From Actinomycetota bacterium (GTDB lineage: Bacteria; Actinomycetota; Actinomycetes; Nanopelagicales; Nanopelagicaceae), in the NCBI GenBank assembly GCA_039795555.1, contig JBDKLQ010000003.1, positions 1-37,948 of the forward strand: DNA of 37,948 nucleotides, in the 5' to 3' direction. Below, piece by piece: positions 1 to 7,109 of the stretch. Positions within the stretch are counted from its first letter, which is position 1; each line of letters opens with the position of its first letter. The translations under genes and the position numbers were made by a program. The notes beneath the pieces were generated by a model. It worked only from the letters and a program-made list of their open reading frames with translations. It ran no database searches and was not told the DNA's origin.

Positions 1-595
1 ATGCCGCTTCAATAAATCTTGGAACGACCATTCCATATTGCCCCACTTGCCGCGGACCTACTGTGTTAAAAAACCTAACAATTCGCACGGGTAGATTAAA
101 TTCTTGAAAATAAGCAAAAGCCAATGATTCATCAATTGCCTTAGATTCTGAGTAAGACCATCTTAAATAACTAGTTGGTCCCAAAATTCGGTCTGAATTT
201 TCAGACAGCTTATCCGTAGAATTTTTCCCATAAATTTCACTACTACTTGTAATGAGTATTTGTTTTCCATATTTATTTGCTAAATCGAGAATATTTTCAG
301 TGCCACGAATATTAGTTATCATTGATTGTAATGGATTATTTACAATCGTAAACACACCAACCGCTGCTGCTAAATGGACAATATAATCAGTTTTGCATAT
401 TAAATTCTCACAAAGTTGGTAATCCAGTACAGATCCATTGTGTATCTGCAAGGAGTCATTGTCCAAATTTTGTAAATTTTTTACATGTCCAGTGGATAAA
501 TTATCCAAAACTTGAACTTCGTGACCCTCTATAAGCAGGCGCTTGACTAAGTGTGAACCAACAAATCCAGCTCCCCCAGTCACCAAAATTTTCAT
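1..595 (-). CDS. NAD-dependent sugar epimerase/dehydratase (GalE-like extended SDR); C-terminus runs off the window
   Basis: My own minus-strand translation from ATG (595-593) gives MKILVTGGAGFVGSHLVKRLL (GxxGxxG Rossmann motif) and later WSYSESK (YxxxK catalytic motif). The frame is open with no stop down to position 1. It is missing from the ORF track only because it is truncated by the window edge. Confidence 0.8.
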   Translation of the reverse strand, partial: MKILVTGGAGFVGSHLVKRLLIEGHEVQVLDNLSTGHVKNLQNLDNDSLQIHNGSVLDYQLCENLICKTDYIVHLAAAVGVFTIVNNPLQSMITNIRGTENILDLANKYGKQILITSSSEIYGKNSTDKLSENSDRILGPTSYLRWSYSESKAIDESLAFAYFQEFNLPVRIVRFFNTVGPRQVGQYGMVVPRFIEAA

Positions 596-604
596 AGCAA
601 TAGT

Positions 605-1687
605 TTAGTGCATATACAAACTTAAGTGATTATTAACAATGTTGCCCCAAGATAATTCCATAATCGTATTTTTTGAATTTTTAGATAAATTTGTAACCAA
701 AGTTGAATTTTTCAACAGTTCATCTATTTTTTCCGCAAATTTGGCGACATCAAAAGCAGGTATTAAAAATCCATTAGTTCCATCAATAATTAATTCTGAA
801 TTTCCACCAACATTAAACGCTATTACAGGAAGGCCAGCCGAAAGTTCCTCAATAATCGCATTACTCAATCCTTCTGATCTTGATGTATGGATTGCAAAAC
901 GATAATTTGTCAAGTCGGAATTATTCAATTTTTCCACTTGATTTTTAAAACCAATTTTTATGTTATTTTTGATTTGTTTAGGATCAAATAATTTTATAAA
1001 TTCTGTAACATCTCCATAAATAGTAATATCGCATTCGCTTCTAATTTTATTAAGAATTTCAATCAATAGGTCAAATCCCTTGTAAGGATGAAAATTTGAA
1101 ATCATGACAATGTTTTTGGATGATACAAGGAATCTTTCACTTTCCTCTAAATCAACACCATTTTTAATTACAATTGTCTTTTTTTCATAATTTGAACCTA
1201 AGAAACTTTTCAAAAAGTTTGAGTTACATATAATCTTGTTGCAAGACTTAAGGGCCGTCCAGAAAATTACTTTATAGAGAAAACTTTTTTTGAAATTTAT
1301 TCCGCGAATTGAGCCAATAAATTTTGCTTGTGAATTTAAAAAAGGTTTTATTATTGAAATAATAAAGATATTTTTTACAAGATAAGTGTTAATTATTTCT
1401 GGGTTTGTCGTGCGAAATTCAAAAATCAGATTTAATAATTTCCAAGGTTTTAAAATATGTAATTCAAAAATTTTGTATTTAATTTCCGATTCCTCAACCT
1501 GTTTAATGAGTGGGCCACCTGAGTTTAAGAACCAAATTATTACCTCAAACGTATTGGTCTTATGAATCTCCTGAGCCAATCTAACTAGTTGCTTTTCGGC
1601 GCCTCCGATGTTGGCATCGCCAATACAAAAAATGATTTTTGGTTTTCCATTTTTTCTCATTAGAATTAAAGATACAATATTATTCAA
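605..1687 (-). CDS. GT-B fold glycosyltransferase, family 4-like
   Basis: 360-aa ORF. The C-terminal EGLSNAIIEELSAGLPVIAFNVGGNSELIIDGTNGFLI fits the GT4 E-x7-E sugar-nucleotide binding motif, and the N-terminus has IGGAEKQ. The start could instead be M10 (1660). The DNA is extremely AT-rich: 60-nt lines spot-counted at 15-20% GC. Confidence 0.85.
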   Translation of the reverse strand: MNNIVSLILMRKNGKPKIIFCIGDANIGGAEKQLVRLAQEIHKTNTFEVIIWFLNSGGPLIKQVEESEIKYKIFELHILKPWKLLNLIFEFRTTNPEIINTYLVKNIFIISIIKPFLNSQAKFIGSIRGINFKKSFLYKVIFWTALKSCNKIICNSNFLKSFLGSNYEKKTIVIKNGVDLEESERFLVSSKNIVMISNFHPYKGFDLLIEILNKIRSECDITIYGDVTEFIKLFDPKQIKNNIKIGFKNQVEKLNNSDLTNYRFAIHTSRSEGLSNAIIEELSAGLPVIAFNVGGNSELIIDGTNGFLIPAFDVAKFAEKIDELLKNSTLVTNLSKNSKNTIMELSWGNIVNNHLSLYMH

Positions 1688-1711
1688 TGATTAATCCGCT
1701 TAGTTAATCTT

Positions 1712-1786
1712 GCCCCTGTGGCTCAGTGGTAGAGCAGCGCATTCGTAACGCGCAGGTCGCCGGTTCAATCCCGGCCAGGGGCTCCA
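1712..1786 (+). tRNA. tRNA-Thr, anticodon CGU, with encoded CCA
   Basis: Hand-folded cloverleaf. Acceptor GCCCCTG/CAGGGGC, D arm GCTC-AGTGGTA-GAGC, anticodon stem GCGCA/CGCGC (one A-C mismatch), loop TTCGTAA (anticodon CGT), variable loop AGGTC, T arm GCCGG-TTCAATC-CCGGC, discriminator T, then CCA. Confidence 0.9.
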
Positions 1787-2109
1787 TCGTCATTCTTTTT
1801 CTTATTTTCTAAGACCTCTAAATTTGGCGTCGGGATTTTTATCTTTATGGATTCACCACGCATCAATTTCTTATAAAGATAAAAAGCGAGAACGCCAAAG
1901 AATGGCCATTCGAAGGTATAAACCCAAGCGCGCCAATTGCCTTCTTGGGCGCGGCCGAATTCGAACCAACCGGCCCACAAACAAAATGGAATTACGACAA
2001 TTAATGTGAAGCGGAGCCAGAATCTTTGGCGCTTAGTTGGCCCTTCAGTTGGTTCCGAAATTGGGGTCTGGTTAACCCAATCGGGAGCTTTAAATTCTTC
2101 TTGGCTCAT
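1765..2109 (-). CDS. Small 2-TM membrane protein, translationally coupled to ctaG
   Basis: 114-aa ORF. Its ATG overlaps the ctaG stop codon (TAATG at 2107-2111). It has two hydrophobic helices (FTLIVVIPFCLWAGWF and WPFFGVLAFYLY). The last 22 nt are antisense to the tRNA-Thr 3' half. Confidence 0.55.
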   Translation of the reverse strand: MSQEEFKAPDWVNQTPISEPTEGPTKRQRFWLRFTLIVVIPFCLWAGWFEFGRAQEGNWRAWVYTFEWPFFGVLAFYLYKKLMRGESIKIKIPTPNLEVLENKKKNDDGAPGRD

Positions 2110-2876
2110 TACAAACTCTTAGATTTCAACTCTTCGGATTTATACCAGTGGTAAACCGCCAATGAAATCCAGGCAGCATCGATGATCATGCCACCGGACC
2201 ACATAATGGTTCCGCCGCCGCGTTGATCGTTAATTTCATACATAAAGTTATAGGCCGATTCTTTGGTGATGTAAATAGCGAAACCTGTCAGTGTTTCTGG
2301 AACCATCATCAAGAAAAGATTAATTACCGACATCGCAGGGGATACTCGGCGGTTGGTGAGGTTCGGGTCAATTAAATTGAAATAGAAAAGATAAGGAATC
2401 ACGATGTAGAGCGGCACCTCGATGTAATGGTGCGCCCAGGGATTTTCCATAATAAATAAGTGTGGCCCCGATAAATGAACGCCCACCATCATGGTGGCGT
2501 AGAGCGCGAACGCGAGCCATGGGTTGGTAAGTGTGTAGAAGATTTTATTTCGTTGAAATTTTTCTCGAAGTTCTTGCGGGGTAGCTAAAACAAATAATGG
2601 TCCAGCGAGCATTAATAATGTGATGTGTTGGTACATGTGCAGTGAAAAGAAATCCATCGCGCGAGCGCCGATTGGGGTAACAACTACAGCTAGCGTTGTC
2701 GCAATCGCGCCGAGCGCGAAAAGTTTTTGGTTGCGGGTCTTTTGATAATTGGAGCGGAAGTACCAAATTGCCAAAATAAATAGTGGAATCGTGATTTCCG
2801 GGGCGAGCTGGAAATCGCCCCACGGGGAGGCTTGATTCATGCTGTGATGGTCCATCGGAGTAAAGGTTATGCTCAA
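2109..2876 (-). CDS. ctaG: Cytochrome c oxidase assembly factor, Caa3_CtaG-type polytopic membrane protein
   Basis: 255-aa multi-TM ORF with an HMYQHITLLMLAGPLFVL motif (the H-M-x-Q-H motif typical of the Bacillus-type CtaG family). It is transcribed divergently from an oxidase operon. Confidence 0.7.
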   Translation of the reverse strand: MSITFTPMDHHSMNQASPWGDFQLAPEITIPLFILAIWYFRSNYQKTRNQKLFALGAIATTLAVVVTPIGARAMDFFSLHMYQHITLLMLAGPLFVLATPQELREKFQRNKIFYTLTNPWLAFALYATMMVGVHLSGPHLFIMENPWAHHYIEVPLYIVIPYLFYFNLIDPNLTNRRVSPAMSVINLFLMMVPETLTGFAIYITKESAYNFMYEINDQRGGGTIMWSGGMIIDAAWISLAVYHWYKSEELKSKSL

Positions 2877-2925
2877 AATATGTATAAAAGGTTCTTGTCT
2901 AAGTCACTTCTCAGAATTACCCTTG

Positions 2926-2941
2926 CGTGAGCAGGCTCACG
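2926..2941. promoter_or_regulatory. Perfect palindrome CGTGAGC-AG-GCTCACG (core GTGA-N6-TCAC); candidate CRP/GlxR-type operator in the ctaG / oxidase divergent promoter region
   Basis: Read directly from the sequence. It lies in the 99-nt gap between the ctaG start (2876) and the cupredoxin ORF start (2976). A further GTGAGC copy sits at 2945-2950. Confidence 0.4.
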
Positions 2942-2975
2942 AGTGTGAGCCATTTTCGAACTTTAGGGAGATCGA

Positions 2976-3758
2976 ATGAAATCGCGGTTCATGGCCGCCT
3001 TCGCAACGATAGTTCTGGGTTTCGGTTTGATTGCAGGAATCGCAACCTATGTTGCTAATGCAAAGAACGATTCTGGAATTACAAAAGCTGTTGCAGATGG
3101 AACTTTTACAGCTCCGGACGGCAAGGAATATCCACATTATCGGTTAACAATGAATACCTATCCGAATTCACTTTTCGGAGGACACCATGGCAAAGGTGGC
3201 GGCGCACATCCTGATTGGGTTTCTTATGGCGCAGCCGGACCAAATGGTGAAATTCTTTCAGATGCAAAAACCGGAACTAATTTTCAAGTACCGCCAAATT
3301 CAGCGGTGACCATAACGGTCTGGCAGTACGACTCTGGCGAAACTTTAAATAATGACTTCTTTGCCCATGTTCGCGGAACAGTGGATGGCACGGCAAAGTT
3401 GGTGGAACGATTTGATACCAAAGCAAAGACAAACGCTTCACCAGAAAAAACCATTACATCAATTCCACACGATGCAGTTGGGCATACATTTACGATTCAT
3501 GGTTTAGCTGATCAGCAAGATCAAGTTTTCGTTAGCGTGCCATTGATGTTGGCAAATGATGCCGAAGTAACTGCCGCAGAAGAAGAGGGCGGTTACACCC
3601 AATTCCCAACAATGACGACCTTCACAATTTTGACTGGTAACGAAGGCGAATATGTTTGGAACTGCGAATTCCCTTGCGGTGACGGAACCATCGCGCGCTT
3701 TGGAAATGCAATGTCATCCATGAGCTACATGGCCGGTCACTGGATTGTGAAGGCATAA
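2976..3758 (+). CDS. Signal-anchored or secreted COX2-like cupredoxin-domain protein with a non-canonical Cys/His/Met metal site
   Basis: 260 aa with an N-terminal TM/signal segment ending ANA-KN. GHTFTIHG and EGEYVWNCEFPCGDG resemble the COX2 motifs xxHSFxxP and GxYxGQCxExCG. The C-terminal MSSMSYMAGHW and the GGHHGKGGGAHPDW loop are His/Met rich. It lies 2 nt upstream of ctaC. Confidence 0.6.
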   Translation: MKSRFMAAFATIVLGFGLIAGIATYVANAKNDSGITKAVADGTFTAPDGKEYPHYRLTMNTYPNSLFGGHHGKGGGAHPDWVSYGAAGPNGEILSDAKTGTNFQVPPNSAVTITVWQYDSGETLNNDFFAHVRGTVDGTAKLVERFDTKAKTNASPEKTITSIPHDAVGHTFTIHGLADQQDQVFVSVPLMLANDAEVTAAEEEGGYTQFPTMTTFTILTGNEGEYVWNCEFPCGDGTIARFGNAMSSMSYMAGHWIVKA

Positions 3759-3760
3759 CG

Positions 3761-4579
3761 ATGACAAATAATTTGCAAACTAAATGGTGGAAAAAGAGCG
3801 ACGTTAAGAAGTTAATTGCCCTAACAATTATCTTCACACCAGTCGTTGGCTATTTCGGATCAATAATCCATGTTCGTTCGATGGGTGATCCAGCATCGAA
3901 GATGATGCAAACCACTGAGAATCTAATTGCAATCTTTACTTGGGCAGCAGCGCCAGTTGTGGCCCTAGTTTGTTCAGTTATGTTGATCGCGCTGATGGGT
4001 AAGCGCCATTACGGCGATAACCCACCAGAGGAAGCCGATCACGACATCTCTAATTCGCCGCGGACCAATGCCACTTGGTTAGTTGGTTCGGCAATTCTCT
4101 GTTTATTTGCAGTAGTCAGCGGAATGATCGTTTTGCAACATGACAACGAATCAATTCTGGATGACGCCGCAATCAATGTGAATGTGTATGGCCAACAATG
4201 GGCCTGGAATTACGACTATCCAGAATCAAATGGCGTGCGTTCAAATGTGTTACACCTACCGGTTAATCAACCAGTGGTCTTCCACGTAACCAGCATGGAT
4301 GTAAAGCACTCCTTCTGGATCGTAGAACTTGGTACCAAAGTTGATGCCAACCCAGGTGTTGTTACCGAAGTTGCTGTAACGCCAAACAAGATCGGCACCT
4401 TCAACATTAGGTGCGCCGAACTTTGCGGCTTGTATCACGCATATATGCAGAACAAAGTAATTGTTCAAAGCAAAGACGATTATCAAGCTTGGTTGGATTC
4501 TCAACCTCGCACCGATAACGATGGCACCAAACCTTACGAAGAAGCAGTTGGAAAAGATTCAACATTGGAGAAGGCATAA
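3761..4579 (+). CDS. ctaC: Cytochrome c oxidase subunit II (CuA subunit, no cytochrome c domain)
   Basis: QQWAWNYDY aromatic motif, DVKHSFWIVELG, and a full CuA ligand set in CAELCGLYHAYM. N-terminal TM helices are present and there is no CxxCH. Confidence 0.9.
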   Translation: MTNNLQTKWWKKSDVKKLIALTIIFTPVVGYFGSIIHVRSMGDPASKMMQTTENLIAIFTWAAAPVVALVCSVMLIALMGKRHYGDNPPEEADHDISNSPRTNATWLVGSAILCLFAVVSGMIVLQHDNESILDDAAINVNVYGQQWAWNYDYPESNGVRSNVLHLPVNQPVVFHVTSMDVKHSFWIVELGTKVDANPGVVTEVAVTPNKIGTFNIRCAELCGLYHAYMQNKVIVQSKDDYQAWLDSQPRTDNDGTKPYEEAVGKDSTLEKA

Positions 4580-4582
4580 ACC

Positions 4583-6448
4583 ATGACAACAATGATGGAA
4601 CACTCAACATCTAAATCTGGTCGCCGGCCACTGATTGAAAGACTAAATGTCTTTACTGCTTTCGCACTCGGTGCAATCTCCGCTTTCGTTGTTTGGCGAT
4701 TAGCACTTCAATTCTTGCCAGCAGATGCCGAAACTGCACCGCTGTTTACCCGCGAAGACAAAATTACTTTGCTATCAATGATTGCTTGGTTCGTTGGCTT
4801 CATGACCGGTATTGGTGCGCTGATTGGTCCAGTTCGTTGGATCATGGGCAAAGATTTATCGCACGATGAAAACATGTATTACGCAGGTAAGGACATGAGC
4901 ATCAAGCGCTACTTCCGTTACACAACAGATCACAAAGTGGTTGGTATTCAATATTTAGCAATCACAATGTTTATTTTCTTTGTTGGCGGCGTGCTTGCGA
5001 TGTTAATCCGCACAAATCTGGGAACCCCTGAAGGTGGTTGGATCCATCCGCAGGCATATAACTCGATTGTTGGTACTCACGGCATCATCATGATTGTTGG
5101 AACGATCATCATGGTTACCGGACCATTTGGTAACTACATCATGCCAATCATGATTGGCGCTCGCGATATGGCCTTCCCAAGATTGAATGCACTTTCTTTC
5201 TGGTTAATCGTTGCGGCAGCAGTGCCATTGCTCTGGGGCCAATTCATCGGTGGAATTTCAACTGGTTGGACGGCATATAACCCGCTTGCCGGCCAAGCAC
5301 CGCTCGGTATGAATGGTTACATCATGTTCATTTGTATCTTCGCGCTTTCAACAATGGTCGCCGGTGCAAATATCACGACAACTGTTGTAAAGATGCGCGC
5401 CCAAGGAATGACTTGGAATCGCACGCCAATCTTTATTTACGGAACTGTGGCATCAGTTGCGTTGGCATTGCCAGCATTCCCAGTCTTCTTTTTGTCGCAA
5501 GTTATGTCTGGAATGGATCGCGCCCTTGGCACATCCTTCTATGACACAGCTCGTGGTGGTTCTGGTTGGTTATACGAACACCTCTTCTGGCTGATGGGCC
5601 ATCCAGAGGTTTACGTAATTTTGATTCCAGCAGTTGCAGCTTTGATGGAGATGGCGCCGGTATTTACCCGTCGTCCGCTTTATAGCTTTACCGTTGCAGT
5701 TATGGGTATCGCCGGAATTGCTGGCTTATCAGTTCTAGTTTGGGCGCACCATATGTATATGTCAGGTTGGGCGCCGCTACTTAATGCACCATTTATGTTA
5801 ACGACCGAATTAATTTCGATTCCTACGGGAATGTTGTTCTTAGTTCTGGTCGGAACAATTTGGCGCGGTCGCGTCTGGATGACGATGCCGATGATGTCGA
5901 TTTTTGCATTGCTATGGAATTTCCTAATCGGCGGCGTAACTGGAATTTATTTATCAGACGTACCAGCTGATGCTTCGTTACACGGATCAATGTATGTAAC
6001 GGCGCACTTCCATTACACATTAATGGGCGCGGGGTTAACTGGTGCAATTGCATCGTTGGTTTACTGGTTCCCAAAGATGACTGGCCGGATGTTTGATAAG
6101 AAACTTTCATGGTGGGGCTTCTGGCTAACCCAAATTGGTTTCAACGTCGCATTTATCGGAATGTTTATGGTTGGCCTCGCTGGACAACCACGTCGCGTTG
6201 AAGCTTATGCAGCAACATTCAACACCGGAAATATGGTGACAACTGCTGGTGCGTACACGATTATGGCGGGCATGTTCTGCTTCTTAGCTGGCGTGATTTA
6301 TTCCTGGCGAAACGGACAGAAAGCGCCAATGAATCCATGGCAGGCAAAGACTTTGGAGTGGACGGTGCCAAATCCAGTCCCACTAGAAAACTTTGACACT
6401 TTGCCAACAGTGACCAGCGATCCATACGGCTACGGAAAGGCGCGATAA
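4583..6448 (+). CDS. ctaD: Haem-copper oxidase subunit I (A1-type motif GHPEVY) with an N-terminal extension
   Basis: TDHKVVGIQY, YNSIVGTHG, DMAFPRLN (D-channel Asp), FWLMGHPEVYVIL, WAHHMY and AHFHY all align without gaps to canonical subunit I. About 110 residues precede TDHK. Confidence 0.95.
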   Translation: MTTMMEHSTSKSGRRPLIERLNVFTAFALGAISAFVVWRLALQFLPADAETAPLFTREDKITLLSMIAWFVGFMTGIGALIGPVRWIMGKDLSHDENMYYAGKDMSIKRYFRYTTDHKVVGIQYLAITMFIFFVGGVLAMLIRTNLGTPEGGWIHPQAYNSIVGTHGIIMIVGTIIMVTGPFGNYIMPIMIGARDMAFPRLNALSFWLIVAAAVPLLWGQFIGGISTGWTAYNPLAGQAPLGMNGYIMFICIFALSTMVAGANITTTVVKMRAQGMTWNRTPIFIYGTVASVALALPAFPVFFLSQVMSGMDRALGTSFYDTARGGSGWLYEHLFWLMGHPEVYVILIPAVAALMEMAPVFTRRPLYSFTVAVMGIAGIAGLSVLVWAHHMYMSGWAPLLNAPFMLTTELISIPTGMLFLVLVGTIWRGRVWMTMPMMSIFALLWNFLIGGVTGIYLSDVPADASLHGSMYVTAHFHYTLMGAGLTGAIASLVYWFPKMTGRMFDKKLSWWGFWLTQIGFNVAFIGMFMVGLAGQPRRVEAYAATFNTGNMVTTAGAYTIMAGMFCFLAGVIYSWRNGQKAPMNPWQAKTLEWTVPNPVPLENFDTLPTVTSDPYGYGKAR

Positions 6449-6450
6449 CC

Positions 6451-7053
6451 ATGAGCATCGAAACACATGCACATCACGAACACCCAGATGTAGTCGGCAG
6501 TCGCAATCGCCTCGGCACAATTCTTTTAATTGTTGCGGACGTGGCGTTCGCGCTGGGTATTTTGTTTACCTACTTCTATTTACGTTCCCAGAACATAAAT
6601 GATGGTTGGTTACCAAAAGCCACCGAAGAAACCAAAGCAATTTTGCCGGTAGGCAATAAAGGCGCAATTACGGTAACGCTGATTGCAGCCTTTGGTTTAT
6701 TTATGCACTGGGTAGCCTTAAAGGGCGCTCGCGCTAAAAACGATGCGCAGTTAAAACTTGGCGGGCTGGTTGCGTTATTAGCTTCGTTAGTTGCGCTAGT
6801 GATTCAAAACCAACAGATTGCAAATGCGCCATTTACCTTCTTTAACGGTGGATATGCATCTTGCTATTACTTGATCACAATCTTGAACGAAGTTCACTTG
6901 ATTCTTACCGTTTTAATTGCGTTAGGAAACTGGAACCGTTCCCGGAAAGGTTTATACAAGAGCAATCACTGGCACGTTGAGATTGTTAACATCTGGTGGA
7001 TCTGGATGGTTATCTCATCAGCGCTTGGTGCCTTTGCGCTCTCGTTTAACTAA
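6451..7053 (+). CDS. ctaE: Cytochrome c oxidase subunit III (short, about 5-TM form)
   Basis: 200-aa polytopic ORF starting 2 nt after ctaD. C-terminal NHWHVEIVNIWWIW resembles the subunit III YWHFVDVVW motif. Confidence 0.8.
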   Translation: MSIETHAHHEHPDVVGSRNRLGTILLIVADVAFALGILFTYFYLRSQNINDGWLPKATEETKAILPVGNKGAITVTLIAAFGLFMHWVALKGARAKNDAQLKLGGLVALLASLVALVIQNQQIANAPFTFFNGGYASCYYLITILNEVHLILTVLIALGNWNRSRKGLYKSNHWHVEIVNIWWIWMVISSALGAFALSFN

Positions 7054-7081
7054 TAGCAACAATCAATTTCTAAAGTAAGGT

Positions 7082-7109
7082 AAGCCACCTCATGAAGACG
7101 AGGTGGCTT
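7082..7109 (+). terminator. 10-bp perfect stem-loop (AAGCCACCTC / 8-nt loop ATGAAGAC / GAGGTGGCTT) after ctaE; possible terminator or attenuator that holds the eamA start codon in its loop
   Basis: Read directly from the sequence. It begins 28 nt after the ctaE stop. There is no clear U-tract (it is followed by CCTGCTTATCT). Confidence 0.35.

Noticed and set aside
639-905. 88-aa plus-strand ORF inside the glycosyltransferase gene.
   Set aside because: It is antisense to the conserved E-x7-E region of the GT4 protein, and there is no independent support.
1688-1830. Integrative element inserted at tRNA-Thr.
   Set aside because: No integrase is in the window, and I saw no direct repeat of the tRNA 3' end. 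The AT-rich DNA also lies on the 5' side of the tRNA rather than the usual 3' side. I report only a compositional boundary.
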